64,000 bases of DNA from an uncultured virus (IMG/VR IMGVR_UViG_2700989659_000001). Taxonomy: Duplodnaviria; Heunggongvirae; Uroviricota; Caudoviricetes. The stretch lies in IMG/VR virus record IMGVR_UViG_2700989659_000001; one strand, written 5' to 3'. A model generated the notes under the pieces. That model made no database searches. It had not been told where the DNA came from and was given only the letters and a program-made list of their open reading frames with translations. The position numbers and the translations under genes are program-made. Of this stretch, positions 50,503 to 60,142 are shown one piece after another (the first letter of the stretch is position 1; each line of letters opens with the position of its first letter).

Positions 50503-51539
50503 TTACTTTTCTATATAGTTAATAACATTCTTAATTACCATGTTTATAGTTCCATCACCATTTGGCACTATTTCAAATTTACTAGAATCATGATAAACAT
50601 CTTCGTTGATGTACAAGTCTATCTGCTTATCTATATTAAGCCTTGTCCTCTTTAGTTTCTTTTCTACCCAAGTCTTGTCCACTAACACCTCATCGTTTAA
50701 TCCTTGTTGTTTTATATAGCTTGTAAAGTCTTCTCGCATTTGTGGATCTTCTACAAACAATATCTCTGAAAATTCATCTATATTTATTGTATCTTCTTCT
50801 TTTAACTTAGTTTTATAGTGCTTCTAATCTCTTCGGCTTTTACTGCATCATCCGTAATATTTTTTCTGGTCCAGTTCTCAGCTGCCTTTACAAAAGTTTT
50901 AGTCATATCTCTTTCATTAGTTACTATGCTTGCACCTAAAAATGTATTTATAAAGTAATTGGCTCCATATTCATCCTCTTTACTGATTTTTTGCTTATCT
51001 AGAACCATTAAATTGTATCTTTCATCTTCTTTAATTGGTTTAATGAACGCAGCCTTTTGTATTTTTTGACCTCTACCTGGAAGCCCTGCTGCTTGTGGTA
51101 CAATTCCAACTCCTACTTTTTTATCTATGAATTGGACTTCATGAGTAAAGTTTTTAACATAATCTAATTTAAGTATCGCAATCATAGGGCCTTGATCTGT
51201 AGTTATTGATGCGACTATTAAATCCGCACTTGGAATATTAACATTGCCTAACATTATCATGAATAATTGCTTAGCTAACTCTTTAGATGCATTTATTAAA
51301 TTACCATCTATTCCTTTTAGGTAATCTTGAGTTAATTCTTTAACTATACTTCTTTCTTGATTGAACTTTGCATATCTAAGCTCTTCGTCTTTTAAACATT
51401 TTTCAATATGCTTGTATAAAAACATATACGTATCTTCATCTAATTCCAAACTATATTCATTTAATATTGCTTCCCCTCCATTGCTATCTAGTACATGGAT
51501 TACAGCTTCATTAATATTAATTTCATTAACATATTCCAT
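50503..51539 (-). pseudogene. NA37/YejK-family protein split by a 1-nt frameshift
   Basis: Adding one A to the A4 run at 50811-50814 joins the 245-aa and 85-aa ORFs. Confidence 0.75.
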
Positions 51540-51551
51540 TGTTTATCCCTC

Positions 51552-52223
51552 CTAAGCTATTTTTCTTACACATTTGTAATAAAAGGCTGCATGTTGGCCA
51601 TTCCAAACTACATTTAAAGTTTCACCGTTGTTATAAATACTTACTATTTTTCCTTTATAAGTTTCTTTGGCATATTCAAATTCAACTGTATCACCTATAT
51701 TCAGGCATTCATCTCTTACTTCTTCATTTACATTTAGTAGTACAACTTCAACCTCTTTGTATACTGGCTTCTGTTCCCATTCTATTACCCATCCGCGAGG
51801 CGTTATAACTGTAGTTTTATCACCAGGTATTATTATGTTTGCATCGCCCTTACGCTTTATATATCTATCCGGCTTCATCTCTTCTAACTTTCTAAGTTGT
51901 ATTTCATTTACTGTTTTATCATTATTAGCAATAAGTATTTCATCTGCTGGCAATAGACCTACATCTATACCTAAATCAAATTCATGCACGCCTTGTCCAT
52001 TAAAATACTTTGTCTTGTCTTCTAATTCAACAAGCAATGCCCCCGAAACAGTTTTTATGATTCTATTACAGCTTTCTTTATAGAGATTTATTATCTTCTG
52101 GAAGTGATCTTCTTTTATCTCTTGTTTTTCAATGATAACTTTTTCTTTAGGCTTGATAATAGCTTCATTAACTGGCATGTTAAATAAATCAATTTGCCCA
52201 TCTAAGACAATTGTTTTCTTCAA
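51552..52223 (-). CDS. Hypothetical phage protein
   Basis: AAGGTG RBS; GQIDLF N-terminus. Confidence 0.7.
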   Translation of the reverse strand: MKKTIVLDGQIDLFNMPVNEAIIKPKEKVIIEKQEIKEDHFQKIINLYKESCNRIIKTVSGALLVELEDKTKYFNGQGVHEFDLGIDVGLLPADEILIANNDKTVNEIQLRKLEEMKPDRYIKRKGDANIIIPGDKTTVITPRGWVIEWEQKPVYKEVEVVLLNVNEEVRDECLNIGDTVEFEYAKETYKGKIVSIYNNGETLNVVWNGQHAAFYYKCVRKIA

Positions 52224-52363
52224 TGATTATTTCACCTTCTTTTTCAATTGAATTTCATATGATAATATAGTTTTATAAAAGCGGTAGTTCTAACTGTATT
52301 CATATTATCATTCTATTAATCATAGTATCTATTAATTAATATTATTGTTAGGATGATGTAATA

Positions 52364-52597
52364 ATGGCATCTATGGATAATATAGATCCAGAAGATTTAT
52401 TAGTTTTGATTACTTCACTCTCTACTTCACTTTCAAAAAATAAAACTACTGCTGAAATTAATTTGCTCGGAAAATTTTTTTCATCAGTAGGACGCTCAAT
52501 GTTGGCTATTGCTTCTGAGGAAAATAATTTACATTCCACAGAAAATGTATCAACTTCATCCGAATCTATACCGGAAAATAATACTAGTTCTAGCTGA
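52364..52597 (+). CDS. DUF6774-like small protein (moron)
   Basis: EINLLG.FF..VG..M..IA. Confidence 0.6.
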   Translation: MASMDNIDPEDLLVLITSLSTSLSKNKTTAEINLLGKFFSSVGRSMLAIASEENNLHSTENVSTSSESIPENNTSSS

Positions 52598-52625
52598 TTA
52601 GTATTAAGCTCTTCTAAGTAAGAGC

Positions 52626-52841
52626 TTATTTTTTGTTATATATTTCTTTTAGCATTTGATTTAATTTTATAATTGTCTCTTTATTTTCAGCTAAAATACT
52701 TTCTTGCTTTTTCTGTTCTTCTTTACATACATTATCAAGATTAGCTCCTTTTGATTTAAAGAATTTAATATTATCCTCTAATCTAAGATTCTCGTTTTTT
52801 AGAATAAACTTAAAATGTTTAATTTCTTTTTCATTTAGCAT
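52626..52841 (-). CDS. Hypothetical coiled-coil protein
   Basis: AAGGA RBS. Confidence 0.6.
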   Translation of the reverse strand: MLNEKEIKHFKFILKNENLRLEDNIKFFKSKGANLDNVCKEEQKKQESILAENKETIIKLNQMLKEIYNKK

Positions 52842-52931
52842 AAATATTTTCCTTTCTAAAATGAATATTTTTTTCTATACTCCATATATTAATTTTGACT
52901 AATTATTTGGATATTATTTGACTTATGAAGG

Positions 52932-53261
52932 GTGGCCAATCCAGTGAAAAAATCTATTATTGTATTTTCTATTTTTTTCTTTCTATTATTCACTATTAAC
53001 ATTGTAAATATATATGCCCAAACAAAAACATACTCACAAGGTTTTTATACGCTGAAAGACCTTGCTCTATACGAAAATAATGTTTACACAATTCAAAATA
53101 TCCAACCCTATGCAGATGGACTTTTAATTATTACTGACTCTAATCAAACTATACAACAAGTTATACGAATACCGCCCAACTCTATCAAATATTCTTTAAT
53201 ACCTCTTAAAAGTGATTACAAATTAATAATATCTGGTAACATTCTTTTAACATTTATTTAA
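52932..53261 (+). CDS. Secreted protein, paralog 1
   Basis: Signal peptide; YSQGFY..DL, QQVIR, L.PL..DY. Confidence 0.7.
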   Translation: MANPVKKSIIVFSIFFFLLFTINIVNIYAQTKTYSQGFYTLKDLALYENNVYTIQNIQPYADGLLIITDSNQTIQQVIRIPPNSIKYSLIPLKSDYKLIISGNILLTFI

Positions 53262-53309
53262 TAAGTTCACATAATAAATTCGACTCTTTATTTGTGAGAT
53301 AATTTTATT

Positions 53310-53648
53310 ATGAAAGGTTGTTTATTAATGAAAAAATTTGCTCTTATATTTTCTATTTTTTTACTCATATCTCTAAACTTTAATACAATATCAGCAGTAG
53401 CTCAAACCGAAACTTTTTCTGAAGGAATATATACCATAAATGATTTAAAATTGCTTGCAAATGTTCCGTATAAAGTTCGAAATGTTTCAGGTGGTAAAGC
53501 TTTTATTAGTATACTTAATGACGATTTAGTATTAGAACAATCTATACGTTTTGAAGAAAACTCATTACAATACGTCTTAAATCCTATGCAATATGACTAT
53601 AAGATTGTAATACTAGGTACTGGTCAATTATCATTTTCTGGAATTTAA
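53310..53648 (+). CDS. Secreted protein, paralog 2
   Basis: Signal peptide; FSEGIY..DL, EQSIR, L.PM..DY. Confidence 0.7.
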   Translation: MKGCLLMKKFALIFSIFLLISLNFNTISAVAQTETFSEGIYTINDLKLLANVPYKVRNVSGGKAFISILNDDLVLEQSIRFEENSLQYVLNPMQYDYKIVILGTGQLSFSGI

Positions 53649-53855
53649 TATCATTGTAGATTATTAATATTTTCTATAATTTAGTATATGATACTAGTAG
53701 TATGAATTAAACTATTTGAATACTTATTTAAAAATTACACATAATATAATTAGTTATTGATTATATTATTATTTAAAAAATCCATTGTATGCCCTTTAAT
53801 CGGGGCATATTTTGCGTTTAATCTACAGAACTGCTTGGCACTTTAGTATGATATA

Positions 53856-53990
53856 TTAATATTCCCCTTCTGATTCTGCCATCCAACAGATTCCATAACG
53901 TCCATCATCACTTATTCTTGTACACTGTCCTTTGCAATTATCAATACAATTAGTGTCTTTGCAATCTGATCTTTCTTTTTCAATTTCCAT
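53856..53990 (-). CDS. Small Cys-containing protein
   Basis: AAGGTG RBS before MEIEKERSDC. Confidence 0.5.
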   Translation of the reverse strand: MEIEKERSDCKDTNCIDNCKGQCTRISDDGRYGICWMAESEGEY

Positions 53991-54120
53991 GTTCTCACCT
54001 TCAATTAACAGTTTATCTAATTTTAGAATTGTGCAATAAAAAAACCGCAAATTCATCTCTGAATAATGCGGTATTAAATATATTATTGATTTATTTCCGG
54101 AATAATTATTCTATAATAAG

Positions 54121-54207
54121 TTAACAACACCAGTTGCTCCATCTACAGCAGCATTTCCTACAACGGCAACATCTACAGCAACATTTACAGCATCTGCAAC
54201 ATGACAT
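54121..54207 (-). CDS. 28-aa Cys-rich peptide MSCCRCCKCCCRCCRCRKCCCRWSNWCC
   Basis: GGGGAG RBS, promoter-like motif, terminator at 54038-54074. Confidence 0.75.
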   Translation of the reverse strand: MSCCRCCKCCCRCCRCRKCCCRWSNWCC

Positions 54208-54373
54208 ATTAATCTCCCCTTTTCTTTTGTATGTTATAGTATATTCACAATACTTTATAAGCGTTACATTTCATAAGGTTTTATTTGAAAACTTATGAAA
54301 GTGTTTTTTTATACCGCATTATTCAATTTTCAAAGATCAATTTAATTTATAAAATATTAGTATTACAAACTTA

Positions 54374-54547
54374 TTAAATTCTCTTAAAAACCACTTCCTC
54401 AGAATTTTTTACAGAATTTAATAAGTCATATAACTTTATTGATTCACCTGTTTCTTCTTCTACAAGCCATATTGTGACTTCTTCTTCTAAAGCTTTCTTT
54501 AATACACTATCAATTATTTCTCCTATTCCATTGTAATTTGACACCAC
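54374..54547 (-). CDS. 57-aa hypothetical protein
   Basis: AAGGAGG RBS, GTG start. Confidence 0.6.
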   Translation of the reverse strand: MVSNYNGIGEIIDSVLKKALEEEVTIWLVEEETGESIKLYDLLNSVKNSEEVVFKRI

Positions 54548-54608
54548 AAAACCTCCTTATTTTTGATACACAATATCTACAAAATACTTACCATATTAGA
54601 ATTCTGAC

Positions 54609-54797
54609 TTATATTTGGCTTTGCATAGTAATTTCTAACTCCTCTTTATTTGCTGCAATATCAATGATGTAATATTCTCCATAGTCTTTCAAATCAGAAT
54701 AATTAGGATAAAATTCTTCACCACTATCATGATGGTTTATCCTTAAAATTTGACATGTTTTTATCTGTGCTAAAATATCCTTTAATTTTAAATCCAC
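54609..54797 (-). CDS. Hypothetical protein
   Basis: GAAGG RBS, GTG start. Confidence 0.6.
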   Translation of the reverse strand: MDLKLKDILAQIKTCQILRINHHDSGEEFYPNYSDLKDYGEYYIIDIAANKEELEITMQSQI

Positions 54798-54931
54798 TCT
54801 TTATACCTTCTTTCTTCTCAAAATTACTAGTATTACTAATGATTAATTACTCCTTCAATCTCTATTCGACTATTTATGTTGTAAATTGGTAAATTAGGTT
54901 TTAAAATTTATTTATAAGAGGAGGTGTTAAA

Positions 54932-55192
54932 ATGAAAATAAGTGAGTGGAGTCTCTTTCTTACTGATGAACAAGTGAATACTTCTATTGAGAAATTCTTT
55001 GAACGACCAATAATTATATCTAATCCTATAAATTCACATGAAATGCTTGAATTATATACCAAAATCATTAATAACAACGATATAAATAACCGATCAAAGC
55101 TTTTTTATTTAGATCAATTTGAAGATTTAATCATTGATAGTAGAATTACAACTACTGAAGATTTAATTAAATATACAGATTCACTATTCTAA
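54932..55192 (+). CDS. Hypothetical moron protein
   Basis: GGAGGTG RBS; terminator ~55206-55240. Confidence 0.65.
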   Translation: MKISEWSLFLTDEQVNTSIEKFFERPIIISNPINSHEMLELYTKIINNNDINNRSKLFYLDQFEDLIIDSRITTTEDLIKYTDSLF

Positions 55193-55331
55193 ATATATTA
55201 CCTATCGGGCATTCTTTTTAAAATTAATGCCCTTTTTATTAAACTTATATTAATTTAAACGCTTCCCCCTGTGGTTCGTAATGTATATATTTTCTTAATG
55301 ATATTTTTATCATCTTTCACTCCTGTAATTA

Positions 55332-56306
55332 TTAGACTATAAGCTTATTAAGTTCCTTAAGCTCTGCTACTAAATTATTTATATTTTCTTTTTCTATGGT
55401 TATAGTTCCGGTTTTAAGCTTTAAATCTATATGGTTTTCTTTTATTTCATATTCCCCTATGGATCCTTTATAAAGTTTCACCAATTGTAATATTGGCTTT
55501 TCTTCTATTACGCTGCTTTCTTCAATGCTTTCCTTAATTTGTTTATGCCCTTGATAATTCTTCGCATACTTTCTTATATCCCATACATCTAGATAACTTT
55601 TTATGGTACTTAAGTTTATTCCGTATTTTTGTGCTATTTCATTTAGGGCCACCTTATTAGTGCCATATCTTTTTATGTGCGCAAGTAGCTCTTCCTTACT
55701 TAGTTTCTGAACTGGCATACTATCATCACCTTCCATTATATTTTTAATTTTATTCAGAGAATCTTTATATTTTCTTGATACACTTGTAGAACTTATATTT
55801 AGAGTTTTTGAAACTTCGACTTGAGTTTTGTTCTGAAATGCTACTAACTCCACTATTGTTTTATTTATCGGTTCTAATTTGTCTATTGCTGCTTTAAGAT
55901 TTTCGCATTCAATGTTTGTAAGAGCTATATCCTCATAATCATTATCATCATGTATTCCTTCAATAAATTCCGTTTCATTATCTTGATTATTATTTATAAC
56001 TTTATTTAGACTGGTAATTACAATGTGCTGGCTTTTATCAGATTTATAATTTCTATTTAATTCATTATTTATAATCATGGTGGCAAATGTTGTAAATAAC
56101 ACTTTCTTATTTATGTCATAGGCGTTGTAGGCTTTTATAAGTCCAATAAAACCTATCTGTTTTAAATCCTCAATCTCATATCTTATTGTCCATCTTTTGC
56201 ATAAGTTATAAACTAATCCCGAGAATTTCTCGCATACTTCTTTTGATGTTAAATTTTCAGTCCTATTTTTAAACTTTATAAGTCTCTTTACAACATTAGA
56301 TCCCAC
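55332..56306 (-). CDS. Sigma-70 family factor (SigF/G-like regions 2 and 4) with extra C-terminal domain
   Basis: EDLKQIGFIGLIKAY..YD....F.TFA; KTQ.EV...L.IS...VSR. Confidence 0.8.
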   Translation of the reverse strand: MGSNVVKRLIKFKNRTENLTSKEVCEKFSGLVYNLCKRWTIRYEIEDLKQIGFIGLIKAYNAYDINKKVLFTTFATMIINNELNRNYKSDKSQHIVITSLNKVINNNQDNETEFIEGIHDDNDYEDIALTNIECENLKAAIDKLEPINKTIVELVAFQNKTQVEVSKTLNISSTSVSRKYKDSLNKIKNIMEGDDSMPVQKLSKEELLAHIKRYGTNKVALNEIAQKYGINLSTIKSYLDVWDIRKYAKNYQGHKQIKESIEESSVIEEKPILQLVKLYKGSIGEYEIKENHIDLKLKTGTITIEKENINNLVAELKELNKLIV

Positions 56307-56330
56307 ATGTAATCACCTCGATTCTAATAA

Positions 56331-57368
56331 TTATTTTCTTATTATTGGTAATACTAAATCTTTCTTATTTTCATAATCAGTTATGGTGATTGGGCTTGCT
56401 ACATTACTCATGCACAATGTTGCATCTCCCTTATAGTTTCTTAAGGTCTCGAGCATGTATTTAGCATTTACTGCTATATCTAAATCACTTCCATCTATAC
56501 GGCACTTGAAATATTTCTTATATCTAATTCCCTGTACTCTTGTCACTAGATATGATCCATTGCTGTTAAAATTAAAATTTACTATTTGTGAATACGAATT
56601 TAGTTTAGTTATTTGCTTACAGATATCCGCTAATTCTAAAGCATTCAATGTTACTCTTGTAGTATCTTGATTAGGAAACAAACTTTCATAATTTATGAAT
56701 TTCAATTTATCACCTTTTTTATCTCTTGGCCTTTTGCACATTATTGATACCCAACTGAAACAAATTTTTATATAATTATCATCATGGTATATTGTGGCTA
56801 TATCATTTTTGGAAAAATTTCTAAGTAACTTTACAATCTGATAAGGTATTAATATTGGTTCGCATGTTATATTCTCTTTATTACTTCTAACACTCATTCT
56901 GTAGCCATCTAACGCAACTATATTATTCTTATCAATATATAAACACTGAAGTGCTGGCCTAGCTTCATCTTTAGCTATTGCATACTTACATTCAACCAAC
57001 TTATTAAAATTAGGTATATTGATACATTCTTCATTGTGTATATCAATGGGAATTATACTCATAGTTCCAGGATCAAGTTTTATTTCCTGATCTTCTGTTT
57101 TGATAACATTGTTCTCTATAACTAAACTTGTTTTCTTTGGTAATAATGCAAATACTTCTTGTGGTATTGCTAACTCTCCATCTTCTTTTTCACTATTGTA
57201 AGGCTCTATTATTTCAACCTGGTATTCATTTAATTCTGATTCTGCTAATAGCTTGATTGAACCACCCTTTACAATCACTTGATATTTACCATCTTTAACA
57301 AGCTTAGATAATAGCAATAATGATTCACTATTTACTATTGCTTTCATTCTCCAACCTCCGAAATTCAA
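56331..57368 (-). CDS. DNA polymerase III beta-clamp-like protein (start probably 57347)
   Basis: AI.KDEARP.L, VALDGYRM, F.NYE.L.P, I.VN.KY. Confidence 0.8.
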   Translation of the reverse strand: MNFGGWRMKAIVNSESLLLLSKLVKDGKYQVIVKGGSIKLLAESELNEYQVEIIEPYNSEKEDGELAIPQEVFALLPKKTSLVIENNVIKTEDQEIKLDPGTMSIIPIDIHNEECINIPNFNKLVECKYAIAKDEARPALQCLYIDKNNIVALDGYRMSVRSNKENITCEPILIPYQIVKLLRNFSKNDIATIYHDDNYIKICFSWVSIMCKRPRDKKGDKLKFINYESLFPNQDTTRVTLNALELADICKQITKLNSYSQIVNFNFNSNGSYLVTRVQGIRYKKYFKCRIDGSDLDIAVNAKYMLETLRNYKGDATLCMSNVASPITITDYENKKDLVLPIIRK

Positions 57369-57369
57369 T

Positions 57370-57771
57370 TTATATATCTAGCTCTAAAATTTCATCCTCT
57401 GTGACCTTCTTATCCGCCATACATTTGATAATCACATCTTCTCTAGCATATTTACCGTTATGCATTATCAAACTGCTCAATAGCCTATCTAGTGGCTTGT
57501 TCTTAATCTCTAGAATCTCTTTTATTTCTTCTCTTGTTAGATATTCTTTTAAAAAATGTGTTTCTAAGTAGTTCTGGAATTGAAGTTTGTACTTAAGATA
57601 CAATCTCCTGTTAAAATGAACTCCTGTTTTATGATCTCTATGGTGTGCATAACAAAGATATACAAAGTTATGCTTACAATCCTCTAAAGGTTTAAGCTGC
57701 TTTCGTGAAATTATATGGTGTAATTCTACTCCATAGCTTGTACCACATTCATTACAATACTTTTCACTCAT
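57370..57771 (-). CDS. HNH-like zinc-binding nuclease
   Basis: CNEC...HHI...N...LC..HH....GVH. Confidence 0.65.
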   Translation of the reverse strand: MSEKYCNECGTSYGVELHHIISRKQLKPLEDCKHNFVYLCYAHHRDHKTGVHFNRRLYLKYKLQFQNYLETHFLKEYLTREEIKEILEIKNKPLDRLLSSLIMHNGKYAREDVIIKCMADKKVTEDEILELDI

Positions 57772-58322
57772 ACTCTCACCTTCTCACAGTCCATAAAGAC
57801 TAATCGTATCTTTTTAGAGATTTCTCTTTTTATTCTTGATACTTGATTTTGAGATGTATTTATCATTTTAGCTATCTCTTTTTGAGTACAATCATTTACG
57901 AAATACAAATTAAATACTTGTTTTTCTCTTGTATTAAGTTTTTCTATAGCTTCCCTTAGATTTGCCCCTGTAATGAAATCATCCTCAAAGCTGTTTATTC
58001 CAATCCGGCCCTCTAAATTTCCACAATCATATTCAGCTTCATAGGATAAGAACTTATATTTATGAGGAACACCTCTATTTTCATTAAACTGTTTATCACG
58101 AGATATAAAATTCAGTAATGCACCTCTTACTGATGGAATAGCATACGAAGAAAATTTAATGTCCTTAGTTTCATCAAAGCTCTTTCCTGCTTTTACTAAT
58201 GCTAAATATGCAACTTGAACTACGTCTTGAAATTCATATTTCCAATTTATTTTAGGATATATTCTCTTAGCTTCTGTGTAAGCTAACCCCATGTGCTCTG
58301 TTATATCAATCATCTTCATCAC
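57768..58322 (-). CDS. Sigma-70 family factor (SigF/G-like)
   Basis: D..Q.....LVKA...FD.....FSSYA; TQKEIA....SQ.QVSR. Confidence 0.85.
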   Translation of the reverse strand: MMKMIDITEHMGLAYTEAKRIYPKINWKYEFQDVVQVAYLALVKAGKSFDETKDIKFSSYAIPSVRGALLNFISRDKQFNENRGVPHKYKFLSYEAEYDCGNLEGRIGINSFEDDFITGANLREAIEKLNTREKQVFNLYFVNDCTQKEIAKMINTSQNQVSRIKREISKKIRLVFMDCEKVRV

Positions 58323-58473
58323 CTCTTACATTCTTAATAATTTGGTTAGGTCCATCTAATCTATTACTTTGAGCTTGTCTTAATGCTGCTTCTATAGTTA
58401 ATACTCCAGTTGGATCATTAAGCTTAATTTCTGCTGTCTCTTTTGCTATTTCAAGCTTTTTCTTATCTAACAT
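58306..58473 (-). CDS. 55-aa hypothetical protein
   Basis: AAGGAG RBS; fills operon gap. Confidence 0.6.
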   Translation of the reverse strand: MLDKKKLEIAKETAEIKLNDPTGVLTIEAALRQAQSNRLDGPNQIIKNVRGDEDD

Positions 58474-59216
58474 GTATCGTTATCTCCTTCTTCAATAGTC
58501 TCAACAATCGCATTTTTTCCAGTTAAAATTGAGATAACTTTTAAATATCCGCCATTTTCAATAGCAGTTCTTTTTACAGGTTCCTTTACCTTAAGAGTTA
58601 GTAATTGCTCATTTTCTTCTATCACAGAATCTTCAAACCACATTTGATACGTTATTTTTCCAAACTGATTAAATATAGCCTCATGAATCGGAGTAGGGAA
58701 AGAGAATTCATAAGTTGTTTTTTCTAATTCTCTATCATTGTTTTCATTATTTATATTCTTATCATTCTTGTTAGTTGTTACCTCTTTGTTACCTGTTTGT
58801 TGGCTGTTTGTTACCTCTTTGTTAGTGCTTTGTTGGTCGTTTGTTAGTTCTTTGTTAGGTTGTTTGTTACCTTCGTCTTTCGAACCTTGGTAACTCCCCC
58901 AATTTACTATAGTTATAAGCCTTCCTGTCTTTGTTACCTCTTGTGTTAAAAATTCGTATTTTTCGAATTTTGTTAATGCACTTCTAACGTTTTGTATAGA
59001 AATTCCTTTGCCAGACTTCTCACAAATGCTCTCAAGTGAAGTTACTAACATACCTGGTTCAGCTCTAAATTGTTTCCCCTTCCACTCCCATTCTCTTCCA
59101 GAGTGATTGGCTATTCCTAGAAGGGTGATAAGAATAACTTTTTGCTCTGGAGTTGAATTTAGCCAGATAGCTTTCTTAAATAATTGTCTATGAAGTTTGA
59201 ACCACCCTTCTTCCAT
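58467..59216 (-). CDS. Phage replication initiator
   Basis: GWFKLHR, winged-helix-like N-terminus, internal iterons. Confidence 0.85.
   Translation of the reverse strand: MEEGWFKLHRQLFKKAIWLNSTPEQKVILITLLGIANHSGREWEWKGKQFRAEPGMLVTSLESICEKSGKGISIQNVRSALTKFEKYEFLTQEVTKTGRLITIVNWGSYQGSKDEGNKQPNKELTNDQQSTNKEVTNSQQTGNKEVTTNKNDKNINNENNDRELEKTTYEFSFPTPIHEAIFNQFGKITYQMWFEDSVIEENEQLLTLKVKEPVKRTAIENGGYLKVISILTGKNAIVETIEEGDNDTC
58768..58875. repeat. Iteron cluster, probable phage origin
   Basis: Repeated TTGTTA/TTGTTG units incl. TGTTACCTCTTTGTTA twice, next to an AT-rich tract. Confidence 0.75.
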
Positions 59217-59227
59217 TTAATCAACTC

Positions 59228-60130
59228 CTAATTCTGTACTTTGCCTTGGTCATTAACTGTATAAGTAAAGCCACCATTTTTTAGTAATCCAGTTAGCTTT
59301 CTCATGTTTTCAAAATTGGCCACTACCTTTAAGTCATAAAAGTATAGTTGTTCATTTTTAACCTCTTTTGACTCTGCAGATTTAATCTCACTTACTGTAG
59401 CTACCGGATTATTTATTGGTTCCTGTTTTATTTCTTGAGATACTTCAATATTTTTAGGTTTCTCTGCCTCTCTTATCATTGCAGCTCTTTTATTAATTTC
59501 TTGAATTATCTTTACTGCTGGATAATTCATATCAATTAAATTTTGAAAATCTTTAAGATTTAAAGGTGTATTTATAGTTTCGTTTGCAGTCTTTATGGTT
59601 CCTTGAAGAACTTGCAACATGCTAAGCTCTCTATCCTGCTCTTGATCTAGCATTAAAGCTCTTTGTTCTATATCCTCCTTAATGCTCTTAAGGCTTCCAG
59701 TAAGGGTTAAATATTTATCTAATACATTTAACTTCTTAGCATACTTCTCACTTAAATTATGAGTCTGTACACTTTCTGCAATGTACTCTAATGCTTTGAC
59801 TCTCTTTTCTTCCCTACGCTTATTGTCAAATATTGAAATTCCTTCTTTGATTGGATTTTCCACCTCAATAATTAACTTTTTAAGTTCCTTGCAATTACAT
59901 TCAAACGTAGTAACTGGAACTAAAATTTCTTTTTTAATTGTCTTCCTGTAGATATCTATTTTATTTCTAAGACCTGCCAATTCTTTCTGAGTAGCTTTAC
60001 AATCCTTTAGGCTTTCTTCTATTACTACAATTCCCTTATACTTTTCCATTGAAACTATTAAAGATTGTTTTACTTCCTCAAAGTTAGTTTTTATTATTGG
60101 CAACTCTTTATTAACTTCTAAATCTTTCAT
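59228..60130 (-). CDS. DUF1351-family protein
   Basis: NFEE.K, A.L.....D..RK..KK; adjacent to ERF. Confidence 0.75.
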   Translation of the reverse strand: MKDLEVNKELPIIKTNFEEVKQSLIVSMEKYKGIVVIEESLKDCKATQKELAGLRNKIDIYRKTIKKEILVPVTTFECNCKELKKLIIEVENPIKEGISIFDNKRREEKRVKALEYIAESVQTHNLSEKYAKKLNVLDKYLTLTGSLKSIKEDIEQRALMLDQEQDRELSMLQVLQGTIKTANETINTPLNLKDFQNLIDMNYPAVKIIQEINKRAAMIREAEKPKNIEVSQEIKQEPINNPVATVSEIKSAESKEVKNEQLYFYDLKVVANFENMRKLTGLLKNGGFTYTVNDQGKVQN

Positions 60131-60142
60131 ATCACTACACTC

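Noticed and set aside
54121..54207. Cys-rich peptide as RiPP precursor
   Set aside because: No leader peptide and no maturation enzymes nearby
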